This document shows, in pieces, positions 13,581 through 30,964 of a stretch of DNA of 64,000 nucleotides. The notes beneath the pieces were generated by a model. That model was not told where the DNA came from and did no database searches. It saw only the letters and a list, made by a program, of their open reading frames with translations. This DNA comes from the human T2T-CHM13v2.0 reference genome, Homo sapiens. How positions within the stretch are numbered: the first letter of the stretch is position 1; every line of letters begins with the position of its first letter. A program made the position numbers and the translations under genes. The DNA lies in assembly GCF_009914755.1 (NCBI RefSeq), contig NC_060926.1; one strand, 5' to 3'.

Positions 13581-13878
13581 GTGAGTCCACGGGAAAGAGA
13601 AGCTCATCTTTTAATATCACCATGGAAATCTTTTTACAAATTACACATTTAAAGCTGGCAGACTATAGAGAAAATCAGAAGATAGAAGGAACTATCATTG
13701 AATATATCTTTAGTTATTTTAAGGCATCTTGGTCATAAGGCGGCTATTCTGGAAGCTATAAATGTCAAAAGTGCCACTTTTCCTCAGTGACATCTGTTAT
13801 CTTTTGAAACAGTATGAAAATTTTATTAGTTTATTTAGTCTGACATTAACAGACTTTTCAGAATAAAGAAACATTCAT

Positions 13879-14570
<692 letters not shown>

Positions 14571-14735
14571 TTATTTCAGTTTTTGTTTTTGTTTTAAAAT
14601 AATACTATGATATTTTAGGGAAATATGTACATGGCTTATGTATTGTTTATGTTATTTTAATTGTTCCATAAAAGTATTTTTGAATTAAGACATTATTTTT
14701 GACATTTAATTTCAGACCTTAATAATGTTGCTTTT

Positions 14736-14768
14736 CACTTGATCTTAGCCAAAAGTCCAAGAAGTGAC
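14736..14768 (-). pseudogene. 3'-truncated U2 snRNA retrocopy (U2 nt ~1-33)
   Basis: cacttgatcttagccaaaagtccaagaagtgac is the reverse complement of ATCGCTTCTCGGCCTTTTGGCTAAGATCAAGTG with 4 substitutions; TSD ataatgttgctt (14722-14733) / ataatgttactt (14771-14782). Confidence 0.88.
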
Positions 14769-15119
14769 ACATAATGTTACTTCAAACTAGTCAAATTTAT
14801 CATTTTTTTGATAAATGAAAACAGTTATATAATAAGAGCACAAAATAAGCTTTGGGAGAGATATATGAAACACTTAAAGTTGTTGGGACTACGTGTATCT
14901 GGAAGAAGAAATTTAGGTCTTTGACTTAGCAGTTAATAAAATAGCAGTGGTTAAAGAAAATAATAACTAATGCACCCATCAGATCAATCTGTAGTTACTG
15001 TTAAAATTTGTTATTGATGACTTCAATATTTGTCTTTGATACTAAGAGGATAAAGCAGTTGAATGCATTTTGTGTGTTCATTGAACTGCATATTTATATA
15101 TATTCCTCTCCTATCCCAG

Positions 15120-15204
15120 AATGCTGGAAGAACCCCTTCTGGGGCCTCTTCAGCCACTTTCTTCTAATACACCTATATGGGCCTGCCGTCTTAGGAGCTG
15201 TGAG
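15120..15204 (+). CDS. CARF: CARF coding exon 5 ([10 protein letters not shown]...RLRSCE)
   Basis: Acceptor ctatcccag|A; donor GAG|gtgagt; 85 nt, phase 2-0. Confidence 0.95.
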
Positions 15205-15678
15205 GTGAGTTATAAATAATCATTACCTAGAATTACTTAACTGATTATAACCACAGGTCATCCCCAAATGCCACTTTTGAGTACAACTAATATAGTCTAT
15301 AGTTACAGTATTTTGTTTGTGTTTATGTTAAATCTGATCTCATCTATTGTTGAATTCTTAGAGATTCTAAGCTCTGTTAAAGCAGAGGTTATATATATCT
15401 CTTTACATTTCACTATTATTTCTTCTCTTGCAACTCTCTTCCCTCGTAGTCCATGAAACTTCACTATCATGTTTCTCTACTATTTACTTTTCAACCATTT
15501 ATTTTCTTTCTTTGCTTGCACTTATTTTTTTTTTTTCATATTATCAGTAGAAAATTCTTCAAGGCTCACTTTCTGACTTTGTCTTTTTTCTCTATATTTT
15601 GTCTTTTGGAGCACTTACCTACTTTGTTGACTTTCAACTGACATCTACAAAAATGATTTTCAAGTCCGTATCACCAGT

Positions 15679-15996
15679 TTATTTATTTATGTATTTATGT
15701 ATTTATTTATTTATTTATTGAGACAGAGTCTCCCTCTGTCCCCCAGGCTGTAGTGTAGTGGTGCAATTTCAGCTCACTGCAACTTCTGCCTCCTGGGTTC
15801 AAGCGATTCTTGTGCCTCGGCCTCCTGAGTAGCTGGGACTACAGGCATGTGCCACCACACCTGGCTAATTTTTGTATTTTTAGCAGAGATGGGATTACAC
15901 CATGTTGGCCAGACTGGTCTCAAACTCCTGAGGTGATCTACCCACCTCAGGCTCCCAAAGTGCTGGGATTACAGGTGTGAACCACTGCGCCAGGCC
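15679..15996 (-). mobile_element. AluS
   Basis: Reverse-complement dimer with (ttta)n tail. Confidence 0.93.
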
Positions 15997-16217
15997 AGAT
16001 TTTGAATTCTGCCTTCCTCTTGTCCCAGATATCTGGCTACTTGCTTGAAGGTTTATTTGAATTTCACCTCAAATTCACCATATCCCATACTGAAATCATC
16101 TACCATGCAACAACTAGCTCCACTTCCAAAATTCCATGTCTGTGTAATGACAAATACCGTTTCCTTAGACACCCAGGCATAAAGTTTTGTACTAATTTCT
16201 TGCTTTCCCACATTTAG

Positions 16218-16532
<315 letters not shown>

Positions 16533-17118
16533 AAGTAGTCACCAGATTCTTTTAGTTTTTCCTTTAAAGTATCTTTTTCTTTTTGGCCCATTTTTCAATA
16601 GGCCTTTGTCCTCTTGTGCTTGATTACAGGAATAGCCTGCCCCCTAACATCTTTGACCCTCCCATTTCTGGTCCCTAATGTATATTTTTCTAAGGCTACT
16701 TGTATTTGAAGATTGTTTTAATTGTCTTTTCTCAGTGCCCAATAAGTCATGTTATTTTTTCCACATTATTTAGCCACTGTAGCTAGCTTCAAAGGCCTTT
16801 CATAATCTGGTATCATCCTACGTTGTCCTACTTTATTTCCTACTTTTCTCAAACTCATCTTCATTCTTGCTAGCCTAGTCCTCCTACTTTTGACAGATAC
16901 TCCAGAATTTTTCTTTAGCTCTCCCTTTACCCATTTTTATTTCCTTTTCCTATATGTTACTTTTTTCTTCTACTTACCATTTCTAACTATTCTTCAAATC
17001 CCAATGCAAGTCCTACATGTCTTTTCTATAAATTATCTAATGATTATTTTAGCCTTTATCTATTTCTCTCTTTAAATTCTTTAGTATTAATTGTCATTCT
17101 TAATTATTTACTAGCTTA

Positions 17119-17411
17119 GGCCGGGTGCGGTGGCTCACTCCTCTAATTTTAGCACTTTGGGAAGCCAAAGCGGGCAGATCACTTGAGGTCAGGAGTTCGA
17201 GAGCAGCCTGGCCAACGTGGCGAAACCCCATCTCTGCTAAAAATACAAAAATTAGCCGGGCATGGTAGTGGGCACCTGTAGTCCCAGCTGCTGAGGCAGG
17301 AGAATCGCTTGATTTTAGGAGATGGAGGTTGCAGTGAGCCAACATCACGCCACTGCATTCCAGTCCGTGACAGAGCAAGACTCCATCTCAAAAAAAAAAA
17401 TTAAAAAATAA
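17119..17411 (+). mobile_element. AluS
   Basis: Alu dimer; TSD-like aattattt(t)actagc. Confidence 0.93.
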
Positions 17412-17690
17412 AATTATTTACTAGCGTGGGTTGTTCACTGTTACATAAAAATTAGACTTTTTGAGGAAAGGGACCATGCCTACTCTATATACAAACCATA
17501 GATGGTAGTGAATATTTAACTATCAGAATGCTTCATTGTTTTAAACAAATCTTAAAATGTGGGAAAGAAAAAATATTCTATTTTAATAATTTGAGAAAAT
17601 TTCTCATAAAAAACCTTGTGCTATATATATTACATTTGTTAGGACATTATTGTTGTTGCTTTTCTAAGTAGAGTACATGTATGTATATAC

Positions 17691-17695
<5 letters not shown>

Positions 17696-17742
<47 letters not shown>
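17696..17742. repeat. (TG)23 microsatellite
   Basis: Uninterrupted TG run. Confidence 0.97.
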
Positions 17743-17744
<2 letters not shown>

Positions 17745-18069
17745 TTTTAGCTTTTTGTCCCCCTACCTTTTGTTAGTCATGGTTTTTCAGTGGTTTCCTA
17801 AAGTTACTGTTGTGATTGTTTGATGAGGGTTTTAAAAATCATTATTACAAGCCTCATGGAATGCTATGGATATTAGAGCATTTATTAAAACAATCATGCA
17901 ACCAAATCACCTTATGTTACAACTATAGTGCATTGTGTGGCTTACCTAAAATCATCGTATATCTTGTAAGAAACTGAGTACTCCTGTCCAACAGACTTGA
18001 GTATGGTTGTCCAAGATGAACCACTTCTTTCCCAGTGAGGGGTTCTTTCTCCTCTCCCAAGCTGTATCA

Positions 18070-18425
<356 letters not shown>

Positions 18426-18999
18426 TCAAAATATTGTTTAGTAATCTTATTTTTTGAATTTCTCATTTAATGATGTTTTACTATAGGCATTTTTTTCAGA
18501 TTTGACTAAAGTGTATTAACTGGACAAATGTCAATACTGTATTAAAATGTTATCTGTAAGCCTATTTATAAGTATATATAGTTCTGATTATATTATACTG
18601 ATTTTTTCTTTATTGACATATATTCTAATTTTATTTATAAGTAAATTATAGTATAGCTAAAATTTATATCCATTTATTTGTGGTGAATATTTTGATAAAG
18701 AGTTGTCTAGGTTAGCAGAAAAATTATAAGCATTTTCATTATTTTAGAGGAAATTGCAGATAATGTATTGTTTGGCATCAGATTATCTCTTAACTATTAT
18801 AACGAAAAGTACAGCCACAACAGTATTTTGATACCTTTCTATTTGTTAAATGTATTCTTCCTTTCTGCCCACATCTCTGTTCTTATTTCCTCTAAGGGGG
18901 AAACATACATGGAGTCAATTCTAGGTCTCTGCATTTCATTGTAAGAGATCACAGTTAACATGTTTTTTCTGTTGGTATTGAAAAAAAAGTTTCTCCCCA

Positions 19000-19300
<301 letters not shown>

Positions 19301-19648
19301 AGTTTCTCCTCTAGTACGAGGATACTCAAATGGTTGTATATAGATAATATCAATTAATTTACATTATTTATTTACACCTTTCCTTGTTTTAGAAGGAATT
19401 TAAGAGAGCTTACAAAAAATACGTAAAATATATTAGCAAGGTAGAAATTAAAAGTGGGAGCTAAACAATAAAGAAAGACAAGGATGGGAACATAAATGGA
19501 AGTAAGAAAATACATGTCTTAACCAACTGTGTGTGTGTGCATGTATACATGTACTTGTCTATAATCTAGGTATATGCTTTTCAAAAGGGGAAGCATAGTT
19601 ACTAAATTCTGTGCCTTTTAGATTTAAAAATTATGCTAATTTCCATAA

Positions 19649-20044
<396 letters not shown>

Positions 20045-20142
20045 TAATGAGCAAATTTTTCTACAGCCTTTTTATCAATCACTCACAGTTTTCATTGGGT
20101 TTCTAACAGATGCATGGCATCCTATCAAAATTAATCTCAGGC

Positions 20143-20285
20143 CTTCCTGCCTTCCTGCCTTCCCACCTTCCCGCCTTCCCGCCTTCCCACCTTCCCGCCT
20201 TCCCGCCTTCCTGCCTTCCCTCCTTCTCTCCTTCCCTCCTTCCCTCCCTCCCTCCTTCCTTCCCTCCTCTTTCCTTTCTCCTTCC
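20143..20285. repeat. Pyrimidine-rich tandem repeat, 8-nt unit CCTTCCYR grading into (CCTT/CCCT)n
   Basis: ccttcctg ccttcctg ccttccca ccttcccg ccttcccg ccttccca... Confidence 0.92.
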
Positions 20286-20697
20286 AACCTCACTCCACCA
20301 AAAAAAATCAGTTTCAGTAAAGGAGGCCCCATAGGAAATGAGTACTTTGTGGCTAGTTTTACGCTGATCTGGATTGATCCAGGGTAAAGTTTTAAATATC
20401 TGAAAGAATTGATATACATTATATGTTCTTGCAAGTTATCTTTTCTAAATATTCTTTGTCTCAAACAAGACGTTGATAAAGATAGTATGGCAATGAGTTT
20501 GGCATTATATTCCCTAACAAACACCTGGTTGAACTCAAATCAGACCCACTGATTGTAATAGACCATTGATCTGAGGGCACAAATGACATTCTCTTGTGAA
20601 AGGTGATGAGTCTTCCATTTTGGACAACCATCTCATTACATTTATTATGCAATGAAGTGTATTGCTAGTAATTTTGTTTAATTTCTACCACATGCAG

Positions 20698-20887
20698 AAA
20701 ATTGGAGATTCATACCGTGGCTACTGTGTAAGTGAGACTGAATTAGAAAGTGTCCTAACATTTCACAAGCAGCAAACACAGAGTGTTTGGGGGACCCGTC
20801 AGTCTCCAAGCCCAGCCAAGCCTGCTACACGCTTGATGTGGAAATCCCAGTATGTTCCATATGATGGAATCCCATTTGTTAATGCAG
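20698..20887 (+). CDS. CARF: CARF coding exon 6 ([10 protein letters not shown]...PFVNA), start of the conserved DNA-binding region
   Basis: Acceptor catgcag|AAA; donor CAG|gtactt; 190 nt; within ORF 20662..20985. Confidence 0.96.
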
Positions 20888-21679
20888 GTACTTTTTTAAA
20901 GAATTATTTTAAAAGGTTCAGCAGCAGCCATAGTCCATTGTCAAAATGTGATTTTCCTAAGGTGATAACATTTTTATTTTGGTAGCTGACAATTGAATGC
21001 TAATTGATTAAAATGCATATTAAATTGAAAAAACTTATAGAAAATATAATCAATTACTTTATAATATTGCATTTTAATATATCAATGAATAAATAAGACT
21101 TCTTTCATATATTATACTGAAAAATAAAATATCGAAGTTTCCATTAAACCTATTTAATAAAATGTTAAAAGAGCAATTTTATTTTAAATATGTACATCAG
21201 CTGTGTTTTTCCCCTTCAGATTAAATATTTTAGCCTTCTCTCTTAATTTGTATTGTGGGAGAAATTTATGTCTATTTTATGTAGCTTGTAACTCTGGAGT
21301 TACTGTATAGAATTTGTATACAATCTAGAGTTATAGAATTCTGATACTAAAGTTCTCAAGCATTAGGTATGTTATATACAGTATTCTCAGACACTGGGTT
21401 AGTTGTTTACTAAGGGAGTAGAGTTTCAAGCAAATCTCTTAGACTAGTTAGAGCCCCAAAGAATCTAAAACTAAGCGATTTATTTTAGGACTATGAGGGC
21501 ACTAATTTAGCTGAAAGAGTTGCAGTTTCATCCTGGACCTCTGAGGTTAATGAGATATACTTAAGATGAGATAAATGTAACCACTTCTGCCTGAGTTTCA
21601 TCAGTATTCTATAAAAGAAATGCAGCATTAAAAATAAATGAGCTGGGTTATTTATATATTTATTTATTTATTTTAAACG

Positions 21680-21964
21680 TGGAGGCTCATGCCTCTAATC
21701 TCAGCACTTTGGGAGGCCAAGGCGAGAGGATTGCTTGAGCTCACGAGTTTGAGACCCACCTGGGCAAAACAGGGAGACCTCATCTTTACAAAAAATAATA
21801 AATTACCTGGACATGGTGGCATGGGGCTGTAGTCCCAGCTATTTGGGAAGCTGAGGTGGAAGGATCACTTGACCCTTGGAGGTCGAGGCTGCAGTGAACC
21901 GTGATCATGCCACTGAACTTCAGCCTGGGTGACAGAGTAAGACCCTGTCTTTAAAAAAAAAAAA
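21680..21964 (+). mobile_element. AluJ
   Basis: Diverged Alu with ggattgcttgagc and gaggctgcagtg diagnostics. Confidence 0.9.
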
Positions 21965-22497
21965 TTAACAAATAATAAAATGAACTTGAAATCCTATAGT
22001 CTTCCTTTTTCCCATCCTAGTTTTAATCTCCTTAACCCTCCATAGGTAGCTACTACATGAATTTCATGTGTATCGTTCTAGTCTGTATTTTTATACTTTA
22101 CCTTACATATTGTATCTACAATAATACATTTTATTGTTTTGGATTTTTAAAAAATGTATAAATAGTAAAATGTAGATATTGTTTTGCAAATATTTTCATT
22201 CACCCTTTTTTTTACATTTATTGGTATTGATAGTTATAAATCCTAGTTAATCCAATTTAATCATTGTATAATATTCCAGCATGTGACCAAACCACAAGTA
22301 TTTTTCTATTGATCATCATTTAGGTTGTTTCCAACTTTTCATTATTACAAAGAATGCTGTAGTCAAACCTCCACACTATATATACTCTAATGAAAAGCTG
22401 TAATTAGTTTTTCTAGAGTATATGCCTTAAAGTAGAATTGCTGGTTGTGAATTATGCCCATTTCATCTTTACAAGATTATCTTAAAATTGCTCTCAA

Positions 22498-22799
<302 letters not shown>

Positions 22800-22813
22800 T
22801 CAAAAGTGATTGT

Positions 22814-23643
22814 ACAGGTCCAGAATCCCTTTGAATTTTTTTGGACCAGGTATATTTCAGAATTCTGAATTTTTTGAATGTAATATGGTAACATTATGGA
22901 ATACTCCTAGCAGGTATTCTATAGACCAGCAGTCCCCAATATTTTTGGCACCAGGGACTGGTTTTGTGGAAGACAGTTTTTCCACGGACCAGGATGGGGG
23001 ATGGGGGATGGTTTCGGGATGATTCAAGCACATTACATTTATTGTGCACTTTATTTCTATTATTACTACATTGTAATATGTAATGAAATAGTTACACAAC
23101 TCACCAGAATGTAGAGTCAGTGGGAGCCCTGAGCTTGTTTTCCTGCAACTAGCAGGTCTGAGCTGGAGGTGATCGGAGACAGTGAGAGATCATCAGGCAT
23201 TAGATTCTGATAGGGAGCCAGCAACCTAGATCCCTTGCATGTGCAGTTCATAATAGGGTTCGTGTTTCTATGAGAATCTAATGCTGCCACTGATCTGACA
23301 GGAGGCAGAGCTCAGGAGGTAATGCAAGTGATAGGGAGTGGCTGTAAATACAGATGAAGCTTTGCTGGCTTGCCCACTGCTCACCTCCTGCTGTGCGGCC
23401 TGGTTCCTATCAGGCTACAGACTGGTAGTGGTCCAGTCTGGAGGTTAGAGACCCCTGTTATAGCCAATATCACATAATCAAACACCAATTCTTTATTAGA
23501 TAGATAGCCACACCAAGAGAAACAAATAAAGACTATAACCTCACACAGCTCAGGCCTGGTTTCGCAGCCAAGTGAGTCCTGAAAAAACCGTTTTCTGAGC
23601 TTTTTGGATTTCAGATTTGTACATAAGGGTTTGATAGCTTGTA
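22814..23643. mobile_element. TcMar-Tigger non-autonomous element (MER46C-like) interrupted by MER1A
   Basis: TA-flanked ends caggtccagaatccctt... / ...aagggtttgatagcttg-ta. Confidence 0.65.
22927..23457 (+). mobile_element. MER1A (hAT-Charlie)
   Basis: cagcagtccccaa...ggttttgtggaagacag...gcattagattct...gacccctg; 8-bp TSD-like ctatagac/ttatagcc. Confidence 0.85.
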
Positions 23644-23703
23644 CCAATTTTCACTCCTGTCAGCAGTGTGTGAAAATTTCATTTCCCCACTTTTACTTCA
23701 TGA

Positions 23704-24037
<334 letters not shown>

Positions 24038-24319
24038 CACCTTAAAAAGGTTTTTTAAAGCCTTAAAAAACCTTTACATTATGGAAATTTTTACATGTGA
24101 ATCAAAGTAGAGATAATAATATAAGAAACCCCATGACTCTAGGTATCTATCTTCCAGCTTCAACAACTATCAGTATATGGTCAATCTTGTCTCATACCCC
24201 TTACACTTCCTCATTCCCTAGATGGTTTTATAGCACATTTCAGATATATCATTCCATCTGTAATTACTAAAGTATATGGTGTATACTAAAGTATATATCT
24301 CTAAAAGATAAGGACTCCT

Positions 24320-24343
24320 TATATATATATATACATATATGTG

Positions 24344-24386
<43 letters not shown>
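24320..24386. repeat. Compound (TA)n/(CA)n microsatellite
   Basis: Alternating TA run with CA/TG interruptions. Confidence 0.9.
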
Positions 24387-25293
24387 GAGAATCCTGTGAT
24401 CACACTTAATAAGAAAATTAACAGTAACTTTGTAATGTTATAAAATGTTCAGCATTTACATTTTCCCACTTACCTCACAGGTTTTTTTTCCTCTCCTCAA
24501 AGGTTGTTGAAATTCAAATCCAAACAGGGTCCACAGACTGCATTTAGTTAATAAATCTCTTAAACTTCTTTTCATTTGAAGATTTCTCTCCTCTTCTAGG
24601 TAGTTTGTTCTGTAATATTTGCCATATTCTGGGTTTTGCTTATTCCATCTGTGTGATGTAGTTTTTGTTCTTTATCTCTTGTATTTTCTGTAAACAGGTC
24701 TAGAGCCTTGATTAAATGCAGATTTGATTTTTGCAAGAATACCTCCTCGGTGTGCTGTGTACTTATTGCCATCTGTATGTGTCTCTCTGTTTGTGGTGTT
24801 CAGATTGATCAGTGGATTCAGTTTTTATAGAGTATTATGGAATGTTTTTATTTTTGCCATTCCAAGGAGTATGAAATAGTATTTTACTATTGTTTTAATT
24901 TGCATTTCCCTGTTTACTTAAAGTTGAACATCTTTTTCTTTGTTCATTTACTACCTTTTTTTTCTTTCTGACTTGGCTATTCATAGCCTTTGCACATTTT
25001 TCTGAGTGGTTGTTTATTAATTATTTATGATTGTTTGTAGTCTACATAGTAATTCTACATGGGCAATTACTATGTTATATATCTTATAAAATGCTATTTC
25101 TCACACTATTACTTTTATATTTACTTATGGTGTCTTTTAAACAGAAGTTTTTATATTTTAATGTCAGCTTTATTAACATTTGTATTAGTAATTGGTGTTT
25201 TTATTTTATATTTTAAAAGTTTGTTGTATCCTACAGTAGTGTAAGATATTCAACTTAAAATCTTAAGTTATATAATTTTCACATCTACTTATT

Positions 25294-25765
25294 TGTATTA
25301 TCTATTGCTGTGTAACAAATTATCCCAAACGTAGTGGCTGAAAACGACAAACGTTAATTATCTCACAGTTTCTGTGAGTCAGGAATCCAAGAGTGACTCA
25401 GCAAAGTGGTTCTGCTGCAGTTGTCTCATGACTTGACTGAGGGAGGGTCTACTTTCAGATTCACTCTTGTGGCTGTCAGCAGGCCTTATTCCTTGCCACG
25501 TGGGCCTTTCCACAGAGCTCCCTTACCACTTGGCAGCTGATTACCTCCAGAGAGAGCAATTCAAGCAAGAGTAAGAGAGAGTACCCAAATGATAGTTACA
25601 GTCTTTTTGCAGCCTAATATCAAAAATTACTTCCTACCACTTTGGCCATATTTATTAAACGTAAGTTAGTAAGTCTAGCCCATATTCAAGGGGAGGGGAT
25701 TACTCAAGGACATGAATGCTAGAAGGCATGGATTACTGGGGGCCATCTTAGGGCTGGCTGCTGTA
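25294..25765 (-). mobile_element. MLT1 (MaLR) solo LTR
   Basis: tctattgctgtgtaacaaattatcccaaa...agtggct...tctcacagtttctgtgagtcaggaatcc...gggggccatctta. Confidence 0.8.
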
Positions 25766-25891
25766 TTAACAGCCCAAATAAAAACAAGAAAATAATTATA
25801 AAAGGAAATAAAAATTTAAATGATACCAATATTTATTAACCAAATGTAACATTTGCTCACTATTTATAAAATGGTATAAAAACCATATGTC

Positions 25892-26275
<384 letters not shown>

Positions 26276-26441
26276 TTAAATTTATATGTTTGTATATGTA
26301 AGTAAGACTTACTAATGTTTTCTTTCCTTAAAGCTGTATATTTGAAAGATTTTGACATTGCCACCACCAAGTTACTTTTAATCTAGTGTCTAGAATAGAT
26401 GGACACTTGAATTAATATCAATAGTTGGTTTTGGCCCACAG

Positions 26442-26562
26442 GGAGTAGAGCTGTGGTAATGGAGTGTCAGTATGGGCCAAGAAGAAAAGGTTTCCAGTTA
26501 AAAAAAGTCAGTGAGCAGGAAAGCAGGTCTTGTCAGCTCTACAAAGCCACTTGTCCAGCTCG
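26442..26562 (+). CDS. CARF: CARF coding exon 7 ([16 protein letters not shown]...KATCPAR)
   Basis: Acceptor ggcccacag|GG; donor CG|gtaagc; 121 nt, phase 1-2. Confidence 0.95.
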
Positions 26563-27585
26563 GTAAGCTTTATTTTCTTTTATTTGTTTTCTATTAAGAA
26601 CTTATTTTTGAATAGCTAATACACATATTTTTATTAGGTTTATACAGTACCAAAAAGTATACAGTGAATTCTAAGTTTTCTCTTACCCACATTTGTTCTG
26701 TCTTTAAAGCAACAACTCTTACTAGTTTTTTGAGTCATCTTCCAAAGATATTCTGTGTATATGGATGCATATAAAGGCAGAGAGACAGAGATCTCCTTCT
26801 TTACCCCTATAAATGTTGTTGAAAATCTCAGTAAAGCTCACTAATATTTTCTTTCCTTAAACTTACATAGTAGTGTACCTTTTTTCTTGATATGAATTCA
26901 CATAGATTTATTCTCAATCTGAATGCCTATTGTGGTTATCTGCTGCACAGATATGTTACATACTAGTGTGAATGTAATGACATACTTTCCTTTTTTTCAT
27001 TCTCAGTGTATCTCAAAGCTGACTCCATAGATGTACATAAAAGTACTATTTTTTAATAGCCATATAATATTCCATTTATGGATGAATTATTTAATTCATG
27101 TAAGCTGTGAAAGGTATTCCTTATTAGTATTATACAAAGCTGCAGTTATTAACATTGTACATATTTGTGCACTCCTACAAGTGTTTCAGTAGGAAAAATT
27201 CCTAGAAATGAAATTGCTAGGGCAAAGGCTGTATCTTTTAAAAATGTTGACAAATATTGCAAAGTTGCTTTTTAGAGCGATTTTATCAATTTAGCAGCAA
27301 ATTATGAGACCAACGTAGTAAGTTTTAGATAGATTAGGACTACAGAGTAGTCATTGCTCTTGGTAAGAATGAAAAATGTGAACCAATGAAAGATTTTACA
27401 ATGTCCTTTATGAATGTAAATTTTTTAGACATTGAAAGTATTTTAAGACTTAAAATATATTGAAAGTGTTTTAAACTATTAAGTAAAATAAAAAATTTAA
27501 AAGATAATATGTAGTGGTTGGACTTAGTTGATCTTTGAAACACTTTTAGCATCACATCTCACATTATAAATACCTTAGCATTCTT

Positions 27586-27921
<336 letters not shown>

Positions 27922-28467
27922 TTACAAGGCTTTTCATATTTAATCCTGCAATATTAACTTTAGGTAATATTTAAACCTGACTGTGAAACAAACTTTCAGT
28001 TGCTTTTTTTTTTCCATTTAGCCTTGACTTGAAACTTATCAACTGCTTCTTAAATATAAGCATTATAAAAACTTTAGGTATAACTTGGGAGAAAACCTCT
28101 ACATGTGAAGAAATAATTTTATTTTCCATCATTCTACAAGTACTTTTTGACTGTCTACTCTGTGCCCAGAAACTACATTGGGTGCCATAGGAAGGAGGGA
28201 AACCAAAAGAGGAATAAAATTTTACTTAATCCCAGGGAACGGATCAGGAAACAAAAACTAGTAGACAACATGATAGTATAGAATATAGTGTGAAATATAT
28301 GATTTAACTACCTATTTAGGTATTTAAAGAAGGAATATATCCATACAAATTCATGGCAGGAAAGAAAGTACAATTTAAACTGGATGTTGAAGTTTAAATT
28401 GAATTTGGGTGGGTAGAGAGTTAGAGGGATGATATTGTAGGTTAGGAGAACCATATAAATAAAGCTA

Positions 28468-28740
<273 letters not shown>

Positions 28741-28757
28741 CTATTAAAGTAATCCAG

Positions 28758-29080
<323 letters not shown>

Positions 29081-29378
29081 GTAATCCAGGCATGAGGTGA
29101 TTATGCCTTCCAGGAGAATGAAGAGAAGGCAAATCTAGGGGAAAAAAATAGTAAAATCTGTAAGTACTTAGATATTTTTAAATAATGTTTACTTTTAATT
29201 TGCTAAGTATTAATACAACTGAGAATATGGCATATATTTTACATAAGCCTCTGAATACTTTACAGATAAATTGAATTTTCTCTAAGCTTAAATGCTTAAA
29301 GTAGACTTCTGGTTGATAAGATAGATTATCTTGAGATTATAATATAATGAAACAAATTCTTCTTTATCTTGTATAAAG

Positions 29379-29522
29379 GATTTACATTAAAAAGGTACAG
29401 AAGTTTCCTGAATATAGAGTTCCTACAGACCCCAAAATTGACAAGAAAATTATCAGAATGGAGCAGGAGAAAGCTTTTAACATGCTAAAGAAGAACTTGG
29501 TAGATGCTGGTGGTGTTCTTAG
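29379..29522 (+). CDS. CARF: CARF coding exon 8 ([12 protein letters not shown]...AGGVLR)
   Basis: Acceptor cttgtataaag|G; donor AG|gtatga; 144 nt, phase 2-2. Confidence 0.95.
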
Positions 29523-30964
29523 GTATGACATTTTTATAGTTCTTTTATTTTACAAATTAATTAGCTCAATTTGCAAGAATTATTTTGTAAGGGAAATTAT
29601 AGTTTTCCAACTATTTCATTAAGTAACGGTTTTATAAGGTAGAGATATCAATAGTTCCCTAGGTATTAAATTGATTTGCCACTGTGTAAGCCATTGAGTT
29701 TCTTAGCCCCAAGTTGTAGATAATTCAGACCAAAGAATTATTCCATACTGTATAGCATATACTCTGTATACCATATACCATGTAAAAGCTTTTTCTCAAA
29801 ATGACAAAGACATACTTAATACACTTTATTATATATTTAGTACTTTGTTTTAGCTACTTACTATGAGCAGAAACTTCAGCCGCCTGTCATTTTTTTAAAA
29901 CTAATCTTTGATTACTTACGGCAGCCAGAAATGAATTCCAAGCCGTAAATAAAATTCCATTTCACACCTTTTATGCTTTAGGTTTTAAATGTGAAATATT
30001 AGCATTCTTTTTTACTTTCCTTTATGTGTCAGTCTGGGTGAATAATTTGTTATTGTATAATGGATTTAAGTGTATGGAATATCGTTTTCGTGTGATCTTT
30101 AAAAAAAACTTTTAGGTATGTGAAAAATAAATTGAGTCAACAATTAGATCCTTCAATGAAAGTCAAAAATATCACTAAAAAAATTAGATCCTGCAGTTTG
30201 AAGAGCATTGCATATAATTTTTAAGTAGGCATTGTCAGTTATTGTAATAATTTTATACAGAAATATCAATTAAAGCAGTATCCTACCAGATTAGTTCATT
30301 TTCCTACCGTCTACTTTTCTTTTTTTTTTTTTTTCATGGCTCTCCAAGAGATCTGCATTCACCTTTAGTTAATTCTCTTGCTCACTTGGCCAGCAGGAGC
30401 TGGGAGTGCTGTAGAGGCAGTATGTTGAGCTCCTGTGAGGAAAGAATCAACCATAAAGTTCAGTCTTGACAGGTTCTATCTTTGGTTGGAAGGATGGTAG
30501 GTGTAACAGAGAAGTGTAATTTGGGACGAATGTTTGATGAATGGGAAAATACACAGTTCAAAAGATGATGATTTACAATGTCTTCTCTTTATTTTGAGGT
30601 AAAATGTACTTAATATGAATTTTCTCATGAACCCAAAATAATACAATTAATATGAAATTTAAAATGCCATTTTCATATATACTTAAAATCCCTGTATCTC
30701 CCTCAACTGTAGGACCACAGTGAAAGTCTATAAATATTTACAAATATTTTAATTTAATTGGATATAAAGCAAATCTTAGAAGAGTTAAGAGATCATTTTA
30801 AATTTTATTTGATATGAAATAACCATATATAATTTTTTCTTAAAGGATTAATCCTTTCCTTTATGAGTATTAACCTAAGTAATTATGATTCCTACTTTGG
30901 TCTAATAATATTAAATAATTTTAATGTTTAAATTTTAGTAATTTTAAATATTTTCTCTTACCAG

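Noticed and set aside
20075-20524. 149-aa minus-strand and 74-aa plus-strand ORFs with EGGKAGRR / LPAFPPSH repeats
   Set aside because: Artefacts of the stop-free CCTT-type tandem repeat.
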